From positions 27,158-91,157 of the forward strand of contig DATGYZ010000004.1 of NCBI GenBank assembly GCA_035297425.1: 64,000 bases of DNA, given 5' to 3'. This DNA is from Bacteroidales bacterium (lineage in GTDB: Bacteria; Bacteroidota; Bacteroidia; Bacteroidales; VadinHA17). Positions 28,938-39,173 of the stretch are shown piece after piece (the first letter of the stretch is position 1; each line of letters starts with the position of its first letter). Under the pieces are notes generated by a model. The model did no database searches. It saw only the letters and a list, made by a program, of their open reading frames with translations, and was not told the DNA's origin. Both the position numbers and the translations under genes were made by a program.

Positions 28938-29876
28938 ATGGACAATGCTTATTTATGGGTTGGCTTTAACCTTTTTATTTTAGTGATGCTTGCACTTGAC
29001 CTTGGCATCTTCCACAGGAAAGCTCATGAAGTAAGTTTCAGGGAAGCAGTGATTTTCAGTATTGTATGGATAGCTTTAGCTTTATTATTCAATGTCTTCA
29101 TCTGGCATGAATTCGGAAAGACAAAAGCTGTGGAATACCTTACCGGATATATTATTGAGAAGTCACTTAGTGTTGATAATATCTTCGTGTTTGTACTTAT
29201 CTTCAGTTCGTTCAATGTGCCGTCTGCATACCAGCATAAGGTATTGTTCTGGGGTGTTCTTGGAGCCCTCGTTATGCGTGCTGTATTCATCTTTGCAGGT
29301 GTTGCACTTATTGAAAGATTTCACTGGATTATTTATGTTTTCGGTATTTTCCTGGTTTATACTGGGATAAAAATTGCACGTGAAAAGGGGACAAAAGTTG
29401 ATATGACTAAAAATCCTTTTCTGAAGTTTTTAAGGAAGGTAATTCCTTTTACAAAAGATTATCATGCCGATAAGTTTTTTGTCAGGGATGTCAGGCTTTC
29501 AGCCACTCCACTTTTGCTGGTACTTGTACTTGTAGAGATCACAGACCTTATATTTGCCGTTGATTCGATCCCTGCAATACTTGCAATAACAAGTGATCCT
29601 TTCATTGTATATACCTCGAATGTCTTTGCCATAATGGGCCTGAGGTCTCTATACTTTGCCCTAGCAGGATCATTGAAATATTTCATTTACCTGCATTACG
29701 GTCTTGCATTGATATTGATCTTTGTAGGAATAAAAATGGTAGGTTCTGAGTTCTATAAGCTAAATCCCTTTATCTCGCTCCTTGTAATAGCTATAATTCT
29801 TACAGTGAGTATTGCAGCTTCAGTTATTAAAGGCAAAAGGACGAGACAAGAAGAAGAGTCAGTTCAGCCTCGATAA
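28938..29876 (+). CDS. TerC-family integral membrane protein
   Basis: 312 aa; YLTGYIIEKSLSVDNIFVF and EITDLIFAVDSIPAILAIT repeated TerC motifs. Confidence 0.85.
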   Translation: MDNAYLWVGFNLFILVMLALDLGIFHRKAHEVSFREAVIFSIVWIALALLFNVFIWHEFGKTKAVEYLTGYIIEKSLSVDNIFVFVLIFSSFNVPSAYQHKVLFWGVLGALVMRAVFIFAGVALIERFHWIIYVFGIFLVYTGIKIAREKGTKVDMTKNPFLKFLRKVIPFTKDYHADKFFVRDVRLSATPLLLVLVLVEITDLIFAVDSIPAILAITSDPFIVYTSNVFAIMGLRSLYFALAGSLKYFIYLHYGLALILIFVGIKMVGSEFYKLNPFISLLVIAIILTVSIAASVIKGKRTRQEEESVQPR

Positions 29877-30301
29877 ACTTTAAAACTCCCGCTTCTGAGT
29901 GCATCCAGTCTTTTTCTCAGGTTTTCAGGAAGAGGGATCTTTGTTTTTTTAACAAGATCAGAAAGAACTATTATGTCATTTATCTGGGCAACAAGCTCAT
30001 TATCATCGTTATAGACATAGTTCACAATACCGAAACTTGTATTTTTTATCAATTCTATCCTTGAATATACTGTCACACAGCCCGGGTAGAACAAGGATTT
30101 CTTAAACTGGCATGTTGTTGATGCGATTACAGGACCGATTTTTTCTTCCTTGTGGAGATTCATGAGCTCTGCAATTTCCAGAAGACTGACTCTTGCTGCC
30201 TGGGCATATTTCTGGATGTTGAGATTGTTTATTATACCAAGTATATCAAGTTCACTCCAGTCTATGCGTAAATGGATTCTAACAGGAAAGCTTTCTTCCA
30301 T
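29864..30301 (-). CDS. Acyl-CoA thioesterase (hotdog fold, YbgC/4HBT-like)
   Basis: 145 aa; the size and pattern (RIHLRIDWSELDILGIINN) fit the family. It lies 2 nt downstream of the acyl-CoA synthetase gene. Confidence 0.6.
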   Translation of the reverse strand: MEESFPVRIHLRIDWSELDILGIINNLNIQKYAQAARVSLLEIAELMNLHKEEKIGPVIASTTCQFKKSLFYPGCVTVYSRIELIKNTSFGIVNYVYNDDNELVAQINDIIVLSDLVKKTKIPLPENLRKRLDALRSGSFKVYRG

Positions 30302-30303
30302 TG

Positions 30304-31944
30304 TTAATTGATTTTTTGTACATACTCAAAGCCCATTTCCCTGAGCTTATACTTCTGTATCTTTCCGCTTGCTGTTTTTGGAAAATCTTCAACAAAGATG
30401 ACATGTTTTGGTATTTTCATCCTGGCAATTTTACCCCGGCAGAATTCCTGAACATCTTCCTGTGTTAGAGAAGCACCTTTCTTAAGCTTGATAAAAGCCC
30501 CAACAATCTCACCATATTTCTTGTCTGCAATACCAGCAACTTCTACCATTTCAATTTCAGGCATCTGGTAAAGGAAGTTTTCGATCTCGCGTGGATAAAT
30601 GTTCTCCCCGCCCCTGATTATCATGTCTTTGATCCTGCCCGTGATCCTGAAAAAGCCGTCTTTTGTTTTTACTGCCAGGTCACCGGAATGCAGCCACCCA
30701 TCTTTGTCAATAGCAGCAGCAGTTGCTTCAGGGTTGTTATAATAACCTTTCATAACATTGTAGCCACGGCAGCATATCTCACCCTGGACTTCCTCAGCGC
30801 ATTCAACTCCGGTTTCAGGATCAAATATTTTAACCTCTACACCGGGATAGTTAGTTCCAACCGTAGTTGCCCGTATCTCAGCAGGATCTGAAATTCTCGT
30901 TGCTGTCATGCCTGGTGATGACTCAGTAAGGCCATAGACGATGATAAGTTCTGAGCAGTTCATCTTTGTCATAACCTGTTTCATTGTGTCAATAGGACAT
31001 AATGAACCTGCCATGATCCCTGTCCTGAGCGATGACAGGTTAAACATGCTGAACATAGGATGGTTAAGTTCAGCTATAAACATTGTCGGGACACCGTAAA
31101 GGGCAGTGCATTTTTCTTTTTGAACTGAAGCGAGTACCATCAGAGGATCGAACTCCTCAACAAACACCATTGTTGAACCATGAGTTATAACAGAACAAAC
31201 AGCAAGTACACACCCAAAGCAATGGAAAAGGGGAACGCAGACAAGAAGCCTGTCGGCCTGTGAATAGTTCATGCAGTCACCAGTGCTTTGTCCGCAATTT
31301 ACAATGTTGTGGTGACTGAGCATTACTCCTTTTGGAAACCCTGTGGTGCCCGATGTATACTGCATATTAACAACATCATGGCACGAGATACTACTTTTTC
31401 TAGTATTCAGCTCATCATCGGGCATATACGAGCCTAATAGGATCAACTCATGAGTATTGTACATTCCCCTGTGTTTCTGGGGACCAATAAAAATTACATT
31501 TTTAAGCTCCGGGAATCTTGAACTCGATAAATCACCGCGAGCAGTAGTTTTAAGCTCAGGAATAAGCTCAAATACCATATTCACATAATCACTGTCACGA
31601 TAGCCATCAATAATGCATAGTGTATGCAGATCGGCATTCTTTATTATATACTCAAGTTCAGAAAGCTTATAGCTCGTATTGACAGTAACCAATATTGCTC
31701 CTATTTTGGCAGTTGCAAACATGAATGTATTCCAGTCGGGAACATTCGTAGCCCATATTCCAACTTTATCACCAGGCTTAATGCCAATGCTTATAAGACC
31801 TTTTGCAAGTTTATCAACACGGTCATTAAACTGGGAATATGTAAACCTCAGGTTTCGGTCGGGGTAAATTATAAACTCATGGTCGGGACTAACCGTTGCC
31901 CATTTCTCCAGCAACTGTCCCAGGGTATCTTCAATAAGTCTCAT
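30304..31944 (-). CDS. AMP-dependent acyl-CoA synthetase/ligase
   Basis: 546 aa; [16 protein letters not shown] (AMP-binding motif I), [28 protein letters not shown]. Confidence 0.88.
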   Translation of the reverse strand: MRLIEDTLGQLLEKWATVSPDHEFIIYPDRNLRFTYSQFNDRVDKLAKGLISIGIKPGDKVGIWATNVPDWNTFMFATAKIGAILVTVNTSYKLSELEYIIKNADLHTLCIIDGYRDSDYVNMVFELIPELKTTARGDLSSSRFPELKNVIFIGPQKHRGMYNTHELILLGSYMPDDELNTRKSSISCHDVVNMQYTSGTTGFPKGVMLSHHNIVNCGQSTGDCMNYSQADRLLVCVPLFHCFGCVLAVCSVITHGSTMVFVEEFDPLMVLASVQKEKCTALYGVPTMFIAELNHPMFSMFNLSSLRTGIMAGSLCPIDTMKQVMTKMNCSELIIVYGLTESSPGMTATRISDPAEIRATTVGTNYPGVEVKIFDPETGVECAEEVQGEICCRGYNVMKGYYNNPEATAAAIDKDGWLHSGDLAVKTKDGFFRITGRIKDMIIRGGENIYPREIENFLYQMPEIEMVEVAGIADKKYGEIVGAFIKLKKGASLTQEDVQEFCRGKIARMKIPKHVIFVEDFPKTASGKIQKYKLREMGFEYVQKIN

Positions 31945-31954
31945 CCGGAATTAA

Positions 31955-32545
31955 TTAAACTGGTACGTAAACTATGCCAAGTATCCTGGCTTTTCCTTCT
32001 CTCGTTGTTACAAGATGGCTGACAATTGAATCCAGGTAGATCGAATCTCCTTTGCCAAGTTCAATTATATCGTTTCCATAATAGATAATAACACTTCCTT
32101 CAAGCACATAAATGAATTCTTCCCCCTCATGTGAAGATTTTACATTGTTGTTGTTGCTTGGGATGATATCTATCATGAAGGGTTCCATATGCCTGCCCGC
32201 CTTGTTTGGTGCAAGCGACATGAATGTCAGATGTTCCCTGCTTTCATTTTCATTTGTTGAAAAGCTGACTGAAGAATTTTTTTCCTTTTCACGGACAACT
32301 GCAGGTCCTTCTTTATCATTATCATCGAGCAAAGTCCCCATCCTTACACCAAGAGCCCTTGTAATGCGAATAAGTACGCCTAATGAAGGTATTGATTCGC
32401 CTTTTTCTATAAGTTCATATTGCTTTTCAGAAAGTCCTGATTTTTTAGCGAGATCTGGAACAGGGATGTTTTTAATTGATCGTAATGATGATATTTTCTC
32501 CCCGATAATCTGGTTTTTTGTCATTCTTATATTAGTTAAGTTCAA
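31955..32545 (-). CDS. XRE-family HTH regulator with C-terminal cupin domain
   Basis: N-terminal HTH (IGEKISSLRSIKNIPVPDLAKKSGLSEKQYELIEKGE) and C-terminal cupin (HEGEEFIYVLEGSV...GDSIYLDS). Confidence 0.8.
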   Translation of the reverse strand: MNLTNIRMTKNQIIGEKISSLRSIKNIPVPDLAKKSGLSEKQYELIEKGESIPSLGVLIRITRALGVRMGTLLDDNDKEGPAVVREKEKNSSVSFSTNENESREHLTFMSLAPNKAGRHMEPFMIDIIPSNNNNVKSSHEGEEFIYVLEGSVIIYYGNDIIELGKGDSIYLDSIVSHLVTTREGKARILGIVYVPV

Positions 32546-32602
32546 AGGGCATAAATATAACAGATTTTATAAAACACGATATTTTATGTTAATATTTGTA
32601 TC

Positions 32603-33334
32603 TCAGACATATAATTTCTGACAATTAATGCAAAAAAAGCTTCTCCTGTTACCGGAACCTGTTTGTTTTCTGATTATTGGAAGATCACACCTGTGACAGA
32701 TCTTGCGGGTATGTGCAAGCCAGTGTTTCTTTAACTCATATTTTTTCTTCCATTCATAAAACTCAAAACTGTATATTCTCGCTTCCTTTATCAGTTCCTT
32801 TATTTTACGCTGAGGGATCATTCCCGTTCTGGATTCAGGATGAACTTTTATCCTGTAGAGAACTTCATTTTTAATTATGTTCCCTACCCCGGAAAATATA
32901 TCCTGGTCAAGGAGGACATCACAAACAAGACGAGATGATGATTCCTTCAGTTTATTTTCAGCTTGGGCAGGATCCCATGTATCGCTCATTACATCTGATG
33001 TGAAATCATATACAGAATCGACATCCCCTTCAATTATTTTAACTGAACATGAATAAAAATTGATCCATCCGTTATCAAAGGTAATGTTAAGCCTGACAGG
33101 CCGGTCTTTCTGCTCATTTACAAGGTAAGAACCCCACATCAGGAAGTGAATGCGAACAGTAAAATCATTGAGGCAGATCAGGAAGTGCTTTCCCCAGCTT
33201 CGAAAGGCCAATACTTCAGTATTCAATAAGCGATGCTGTTCAATACTGCTGTTACCGGATACTGAAACAATGCGGCGACCTGTAAATTGCTGTACCTTTT
33301 CTTTGAGAATTACTACTGACGGACCTTCAGGCAT
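32603..33334 (-). CDS. Fpg/Nei-family DNA glycosylase (endonuclease VIII-like)
   Basis: Canonical N-terminus MPEGPSV (catalytic Pro2/Glu3), H2TH region GVGNIIKNEVLY, zinc finger CHRC...CINCQ. The track's 28-aa N-terminal extension was rejected. Confidence 0.82.
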   Translation of the reverse strand: MPEGPSVVILKEKVQQFTGRRIVSVSGNSSIEQHRLLNTEVLAFRSWGKHFLICLNDFTVRIHFLMWGSYLVNEQKDRPVRLNITFDNGWINFYSCSVKIIEGDVDSVYDFTSDVMSDTWDPAQAENKLKESSSRLVCDVLLDQDIFSGVGNIIKNEVLYRIKVHPESRTGMIPQRKIKELIKEARIYSFEFYEWKKKYELKKHWLAHTRKICHRCDLPIIRKQTGSGNRRSFFCINCQKLYV

Positions 33335-33407
33335 TTTGCTTGTATTAAATTTTTGAAATATTAAGAAATGAATAGTTTCAATTACATTTGGACCATAAAA
33401 CAGCTTA

Positions 33408-34205
33408 ATGAAATTCAATTTCTGCAGTCTGAGCAGTGGCAGCAGTGGTAACTGCTATTATATTGGTAATGAATTCCATGGATTTCTCATTGATGCTGGT
33501 ATTTCAGCAGGTTCAGTGAAGAAGTTCCTAAAAAGGATGAACATTTCAATGCAATCAATAATGGGAATACTCATTACACATAATCATTCTGATCATATAA
33601 AAGGACTTGAAGTATTGACCAGGAAAAACCATATCCCGGTTTTTACAACATTTAATGTCTGGAACAGTATTCTTTCGAATGCGGTAATAACTTCCGATTG
33701 CAGACGAGATATCAAATTGAAAGAAAGGTTTCATTTAGCCGGTTTTGATATTGAAGCCTTTCCTGTCTGTCATGATGCTCCTGAAACAGTAGGGTTTCAC
33801 ATCAGCTACGGCAGCAAGATTATGACTGTTGTCACAGACCTTGGTCATATATGCGAAACAACAGCAAGCTACATTATAAGATCAAACATTCTTGTTATTG
33901 AATCTAATTATGACGAGAATATGCTGATGACCGGTAAGTATCCATATTTTCTAAAGCAGAGGATACATTCGGACCATGGGCACCTGGGAAATAATCAGAC
34001 TTCAGATTACCTGGCAGAGATATTCAGCGATAAGCTTTCACATATCTGCCTTGCTCACCTGAGCAGGAATAACAATACACCTGACCTTGCCATGGAATCG
34101 TTAAAAAATACCTTCTCCAAAAGAAATATCAGCCTTGCCGGTCATCAGACCATAACTGTACTTAACAGGAGCACTCCAACAGAGATGATCACCATTGACT
34201 GTTAG
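33408..34205 (+). CDS. MBL-fold metallo-hydrolase (YycJ-like)
   Basis: 265 aa; ITHNHSDHIKG (HxHxDH) and the downstream His/Asp pattern. Confidence 0.8.
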   Translation: MKFNFCSLSSGSSGNCYYIGNEFHGFLIDAGISAGSVKKFLKRMNISMQSIMGILITHNHSDHIKGLEVLTRKNHIPVFTTFNVWNSILSNAVITSDCRRDIKLKERFHLAGFDIEAFPVCHDAPETVGFHISYGSKIMTVVTDLGHICETTASYIIRSNILVIESNYDENMLMTGKYPYFLKQRIHSDHGHLGNNQTSDYLAEIFSDKLSHICLAHLSRNNNTPDLAMESLKNTFSKRNISLAGHQTITVLNRSTPTEMITIDC

Positions 34206-34501
34206 TTGTCTCTTTTGATAACTATCCCTGCATCATCATCATCATCATTATCACGATCACGATTCCTGTCTCTTTTTACTTTTACTTCAGTGTCACGATC
34301 ATCCTTGTCTTTGTTGAAAATATCCCTGTCGCGTTTTTTCTTTTTAATGACTACTCCGTTATCATCGACGCGCCTTTCTTTTTTGACAACTGTACCATCG
34401 TCCCTTACTTCGCGCTCTCTTACATCAACATCTCTTGTACTGCTGCAAGAACCAGCAATAATGGCGAATGCAAACAGCATTGACAAAATTGTATTTTTCA
34501 T
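34202..34501 (-). CDS. Small lipoprotein with highly charged low-complexity body
   Basis: MKNTILSMLFAFAIIAGSC lipobox, then an ~80-aa K/R/D/E-rich tract (KRDRNRDRDNDDDDD). Contains a (CAT)6 microsatellite at 34231-34248. Confidence 0.5.
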   Translation of the reverse strand: MKNTILSMLFAFAIIAGSCSSTRDVDVREREVRDDGTVVKKERRVDDNGVVIKKKKRDRDIFNKDKDDRDTEVKVKRDRNRDRDNDDDDDAGIVIKRDN

Positions 34502-34642
34502 TTTATACAAATTTATAATTTCACATGAGGTCAAAGGTATAGCTCATGCAAGGGCATAATGTTATATTAAACCATTAAAAGTTTGCAACTTACAAATAAT
34601 CAACCTGTAAGAAATGAGAGAAGTCCCTGGGAGTATTACTTT

Positions 34643-36046
34643 TTAAAAATGACTGGAACCGTCCCAGCAATGAGTGCACAATTTTGATTTTGGAAGCCCG
34701 ATTGCAGTAACAAGATCTCCCAGCTTCTGATATTTAAGTGATGTGAGACCCAGATTTTTCCTGATCTGTTCGACCATGGCAGAGTACCTGCCGGTTTTTT
34801 CATCAGAATAATCTTTCACATCAGTATCGTTGCCTTCAATATCTTTTATCACGCGCCTTGTAGCCAGGTCGTAAATTGATTTTGACCTGCTGAAATTTAG
34901 GAATTCACATGCATGTACAAGCGGAGGACAAGCTATCCTCATGTGAACCTCCCTGATACCGCCTGCTGTAAGATGCTGGACATTGTCCTTAAGCTGGGTG
35001 CCACGAACAATAGAGTCATCCAGAAAGATTCCGCTCTTGTTCTTTATAACAGACTGGTTTGGAATGAGTTTCATCTTTGCAACAAGGTCGCGCGTTTCCT
35101 GGTTCTGAGGCATGAAACTGCGTGGCCAAGTGGGAGTATATTTTGCATATGGTCGTTTATGCGGAATATGCCTTGCATTTGAATAGCCAATTGCATGACC
35201 AACCCCTGAGTCAGGTATGCCGGCGACAAAATCTGCCTTTACATCATCGTTTTTTGCAAGGGCTGCCCCGCAGTTGAACCTTGTCTCATCGACGTTTACA
35301 TTTTCGTAGAATGAAGGCGGATAGCCGAAATAAACCCACAGGAACGAACATATCTGCAGCTTTTCAGAAGGTTTCGACAATTGCCTGTATCCTTCGGCGG
35401 TTATTTCAATTATCTCTGATGGGCCTAAATAGTATTCAATTTCATAACCCAGGTTTGGAAATGCACATGTTTCGAAGGTTGCAGCAAACGATCCTTCCTT
35501 TTTGCCAATAATCAAAGGAGTCCTGCCCAATTTATCACGAGCGGCAATGATACCATTCTCAGTAAGAATCATCATTGAGCATGAGCCTTTAACCTTAGCA
35601 AAAACATTCTTTATACCTGAAACAAAATCATCGGATTGTGAAATAAGCATCGCCACAAGCTCAGTTGGATTAACAGATCCCTGGCTTGTTTCGGAGAAAT
35701 GCCTTCTTTCCTTCATGAATTCTCTTTCGATCTCATCTATATTTGCAATTTTGCTTACTGTTGCAACTGCAAACCTTCCGATATGGGAAGTAACTACTAT
35801 AGGCTGAGCCTCATGGTCGCTTATAACGCCTATACCTAAGATCCCTTTGAAACCCTGAACATCATTATCGAATTTGTTACGAAAATACCCGTCTTCAAGA
35901 CTATGTATTGCTCGCTGAAAACCAAGTTTTTCATTATAAAATGCCATACCCGCTCTTTTTGTGCCAAGATGAGAATGGTAATCAGTACCATAAAACACAT
36001 CCATTACACAATCTTGTTTTGAAACACAACCAAAAAATCCGCTCAT
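34643..36046 (-). CDS. purF: Amidophosphoribosyltransferase-like protein (class-II GATase plus PRTase), divergent
   Basis: 467 aa; PRPP-binding loop IFLDDSIVRGTQL. The N-terminus MSGFFGC places the nucleophile Cys after a short propeptide. The Ntn domain is divergent from textbook PurF. Confidence 0.6.
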   Translation of the reverse strand: MSGFFGCVSKQDCVMDVFYGTDYHSHLGTKRAGMAFYNEKLGFQRAIHSLEDGYFRNKFDNDVQGFKGILGIGVISDHEAQPIVVTSHIGRFAVATVSKIANIDEIEREFMKERRHFSETSQGSVNPTELVAMLISQSDDFVSGIKNVFAKVKGSCSMMILTENGIIAARDKLGRTPLIIGKKEGSFAATFETCAFPNLGYEIEYYLGPSEIIEITAEGYRQLSKPSEKLQICSFLWVYFGYPPSFYENVNVDETRFNCGAALAKNDDVKADFVAGIPDSGVGHAIGYSNARHIPHKRPYAKYTPTWPRSFMPQNQETRDLVAKMKLIPNQSVIKNKSGIFLDDSIVRGTQLKDNVQHLTAGGIREVHMRIACPPLVHACEFLNFSRSKSIYDLATRRVIKDIEGNDTDVKDYSDEKTGRYSAMVEQIRKNLGLTSLKYQKLGDLVTAIGLPKSKLCTHCWDGSSHF

Positions 36047-36179
36047 GAAATCAGGGTTAAATCTTTCTCAAAAATAAGTTAATTCCCTATAAATACTATT
36101 AATGTTGAAAATTGACTGATATTTCCCGAATTGCAGGAAAAAGAACTAAGGAGATTGGAAAATCAGGTTTTAGAGATGA

Positions 36180-37280
36180 TTAGATGCCTAGGGCAGCTTT
36201 TATTTTCCTGAAAATATCAGTATTATCATAGATACCGGTAAAGGAATATGCCCCAGGACCAAATACATAGACAGGGATCATAACTGCTGTATGATCTTTC
36301 CTTGAGAAGTCAAGATCGACTGTATGATCATTCCTGTTTCCCCCTACGATCGTAACACCACCAGTTTCGTGGTCAGCAGTAACAACAACAAGAGTGTTCC
36401 CAACCCTTTCAGCATAATCGATTGCAACTCCTACTGCTTTATCAAAATCTATAACCTCATCGATCAGAGTATCGGCAGCATTGGCATGGCCGGCGAAATC
36501 GATCTGTGAGCCTTCAACCATAAGGAAGAATCCTTTATTGTTCCTTGAAAGTATTTCAATAGCCTTGGCTGTTGCAAGAGGCAGCATATCTCCGCGGCCC
36601 TTTAACCTGTAGGGATTATGGTCGGGAGCAGTAAAGGCAGCCAGTTTTGATGCTGTTGATCTTGTCATGGCATCTACAGAATTAACAACGTCATAGCCTC
36701 TTTTCCTGAGGCTGTCGAGTAAATTAAGATTGTCTTTTCTTACCGCAAAATGGTTATAACCGCCACCTATTATAACATCAACATCTGTCTTTAGAAAATC
36801 AAGAGCTATGTCTTCGTAACTGCTTCTGCTCGACTGATGAGCAATAAATGATGCCGGTGTTGCATGGGTTATTGCAGAGGTTGAAACAAGTCCCGTAGAG
36901 AGTTTGTTTTCTTCAGCAATTTCGAGAATTGACTTCACCTTATTGCCCTGTGCATCAACACCTATAGAATAATTGTTGGTCTTTGTTCCGGTAGCCAGTG
37001 CTGTTCCCGAAGCGCCTGAATCGGTGATGTAGTTATTAGCCGAATAGTTAATCTGCAGTCCGGTAACCTTTGTTCTCTGAATATTCAAAGGTGATGTGGC
37101 TACGGTCATTGCAGCATACACATCTGGTAGCCCCATGCCATCACCTATCATAAGAATGACATTTTTAATTTCCTTTTCAGGAGGCTGAGATGTTGAGATT
37201 TCTGAATAATCAGAACATGAAGTAAAAGTTAGAAACAGCAGAGCCGTTAGAAGGACAGAAAACCTTTTTACTGACATCAT
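36180..37280 (-). CDS. Alkaline phosphatase (PhoA family), secreted lipoprotein
   Basis: Lipobox FTSC; NVILMIGDGMG, ITDSGASGTALATG (active-site Ser), DFAGHAN, ADHETGG. Confidence 0.85.
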   Translation of the reverse strand: MMSVKRFSVLLTALLFLTFTSCSDYSEISTSQPPEKEIKNVILMIGDGMGLPDVYAAMTVATSPLNIQRTKVTGLQINYSANNYITDSGASGTALATGTKTNNYSIGVDAQGNKVKSILEIAEENKLSTGLVSTSAITHATPASFIAHQSSRSSYEDIALDFLKTDVDVIIGGGYNHFAVRKDNLNLLDSLRKRGYDVVNSVDAMTRSTASKLAAFTAPDHNPYRLKGRGDMLPLATAKAIEILSRNNKGFFLMVEGSQIDFAGHANAADTLIDEVIDFDKAVGVAIDYAERVGNTLVVVTADHETGGVTIVGGNRNDHTVDLDFSRKDHTAVMIPVYVFGPGAYSFTGIYDNTDIFRKIKAALGI

Positions 37281-37353
37281 AACAATAATTAAGATTGGAC
37301 ATCAGCTACAAAGTTATAATTAAGTTCTGAAAAGATAAATTTTAAGAAGTATT

Positions 37354-38076
37354 TCAGAAGAGGGTTGAGAAATACTTTGCATTACTTATTGCAAAGGCAT
37401 TCATGTCATTGTTAAAATAAGCATATAGAGTATCAGCACCTGTCAAGTTGATCTGGTTTTTCCAATTAATAAGAGATTCATTACTGTAATTATGGTTGTA
37501 CCATGAACCTTCACCATGAAACCTGATATAAGCAACATGCGTAAGAGTTGATATAACCCTAGGAACAGATGACGGACCTGAAACTATACACAGATCATGA
37601 TTGCGTTTCTGCAGTATTTCATATACTTCCGGTACATACCAGGTAAAATTCCTGAATTCGAAAACATGCCTGAAGGACGTGCTGAGATGACTGCAGAATG
37701 TATCAAGCTTTTTAAGATCAGCATTGAAGTTTGCCGGAAATTGCCATAATATTGGACCTGTCTTCTCCTTTAACAAAGAAGCAATCTGTTCAAACCGGGT
37801 AAGAGTCTCAAGGAAAATAGAATCAACATTAAGTTTTTTCTGATGAGTAAGAAACCTGTACCCCTTTACAGCAAATTTAAAATCGGGTGGCGTAATCGTA
37901 TACCAGTTCCTGACAGACTTTTCATCAGGCATCCTGTAAAAAGTGTTGTTAAGTTCAACAGTATTAAAATGCTCTGAGTAAAAGATGAGCCATTTGTTCT
38001 TTGGCAGCTTTTCGGGATAAAAAAGAGTCTTCCAGTGATTGTAATAATATCCTGAACATCCAATGTAGATTCTCAC
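37354..38076 (-). CDS. DUF72 (YecE-like) protein
   Basis: IYIGCSGYYYNHWKTLFYP...FNTVELNNTFYRMP...WQFP. Confidence 0.75.
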   Translation of the reverse strand: MRIYIGCSGYYYNHWKTLFYPEKLPKNKWLIFYSEHFNTVELNNTFYRMPDEKSVRNWYTITPPDFKFAVKGYRFLTHQKKLNVDSIFLETLTRFEQIASLLKEKTGPILWQFPANFNADLKKLDTFCSHLSTSFRHVFEFRNFTWYVPEVYEILQKRNHDLCIVSGPSSVPRVISTLTHVAYIRFHGEGSWYNHNYSNESLINWKNQINLTGADTLYAYFNNDMNAFAISNAKYFSTLF

Positions 38077-38087
38077 TTATAAATTAT

Positions 38088-38678
38088 TTATTCAGACAAT
38101 TCAGGTTTGCTTCTTCTTTCAATTATCCTTTGGAATACCGTTGGGGACAATCCCGTAGTTTTTTTGAACTGGTTGGAAAGATGTGCAACACTGCTATAAT
38201 TCATTTTCCAGGCTACCTCCGTGCAGGTGAGCTTTTCATCGACGATAAGTTTTTTTACTCTCTCAATTCTCTGCAGGATCATGAAATTTTCAATTGATGT
38301 ATAAGTAACTTCAGCAAATATCTTTGCTATATAGCTGTAACTCAGGTTCATTTTATCAGCAATATATGCTGAAATTTTTGAATCAGGAAGTTTTGAATCA
38401 GAGTACACAAGATCGATTATTACTTCTTTGATTTTCTGAACAAGAGCATTTTTAGGATTGTCGATAATCTCTATCCCATACTTGTTTATAGCAGATGCCA
38501 GAGCTTTATACTGATCAGGTGTAAATGATCCGTCAACTTCAATTTCACCCAAACCATTCAAATCATACTTAATCCCAAGCTCATCCATTTTCTCCTGCAG
38601 AACAACCTTGGCTGCACGATTGATGTCGTATTTGATATTCAGTTTCAATTTTCTCTTATCTTTCAGATTGCGACTCAA
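38088..38678 (-). CDS. AraC-type HTH transcriptional regulator
   Basis: C-terminal HTH_18-like region: YIAKIFAEVTYTSIENFMILQRIERVKKLI...VAWKMNYSSVAHLSNQFKKTTGLSPTVF. Confidence 0.7.
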   Translation of the reverse strand: MSRNLKDKRKLKLNIKYDINRAAKVVLQEKMDELGIKYDLNGLGEIEVDGSFTPDQYKALASAINKYGIEIIDNPKNALVQKIKEVIIDLVYSDSKLPDSKISAYIADKMNLSYSYIAKIFAEVTYTSIENFMILQRIERVKKLIVDEKLTCTEVAWKMNYSSVAHLSNQFKKTTGLSPTVFQRIIERRSKPELSE

Positions 38679-38743
38679 AAATAAATGAACCCATGATCTT
38701 ACTCTTTATATATTTCAGTTAAAGAATTACATCATTCACTTAT

Positions 38744-38770
38744 AAAAAAAGCCGCACAATTGCGGCTTTT
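38744..38770 (-). terminator. Rho-independent terminator of csbD-like gene
   Basis: GCCGCA-caat-TGCGGC stem flanked by A7 and T4. Confidence 0.7.
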
Positions 38771-38791
38771 AATATAATTCTAAATAAGGAT

Positions 38792-38977
38792 TCAATATCC
38801 TTTTATCATTCTTTCGACTTCTTCCCTTGACTTTCCTAGTCTTTTCTGGATCCTGCCAAGAGTTTCATCCTCTTTACCTTCAATATAAAGCAGATCATCA
38901 TCGGTAAGATCTGCATATTTCTTCTTGAGTTTACCCTTTATTTCTTCCCAGTTACCTCTGATTATTGCCTTATTCAT
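38792..38977 (-). CDS. CsbD-family stress-response protein (61 aa)
   Basis: MNKAIIRGNWEEIKGKLKKKYADLTDDDLLYIEGKEDETLGRIQKRLGKSREEV is a canonical CsbD pattern. The track's longer N-terminal extension was rejected. Confidence 0.8.
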   Translation of the reverse strand: MNKAIIRGNWEEIKGKLKKKYADLTDDDLLYIEGKEDETLGRIQKRLGKSREEVERMIKGY

Positions 38978-39003
38978 GACTTTAATTTTTAATTTATAAT
39001 GGG

Positions 39004-39011
39004 CAAAGTTA
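39004..39011 (-). promoter_or_regulatory. -7 box TAACTTTG upstream of csbD-like gene
   Basis: The reverse complement of CAAAGTTA is TAACTTTG, 26 nt upstream of the ATG. It shares the AACTTTG core with four other stress-gene promoters. Confidence 0.45.
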
Positions 39012-39128
39012 ATATTAAGGAATGCCTGCAGTGTTACATAATGATTTCTAATTGTTGCAGAATTTCCTCCAATGTTATGATGCAACATAATATGGAAATT
39101 ATATAACGTCATTAAAGCCGAACCTATG

Positions 39129-39136
39129 CAACTTTG
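39129..39136 (+). promoter_or_regulatory. -7-like box CAACTTTG upstream of GSP-like gene
   Basis: Lies 37 nt upstream of the ATG at 39174. It is preceded by TTAAAGCCGAAC, similar to TTAAAGGACCGAC upstream of 43206. Confidence 0.4.
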
Positions 39137-39173
39137 TGACAATCAAATATCAACATTCAGTAAAATCAGACAT

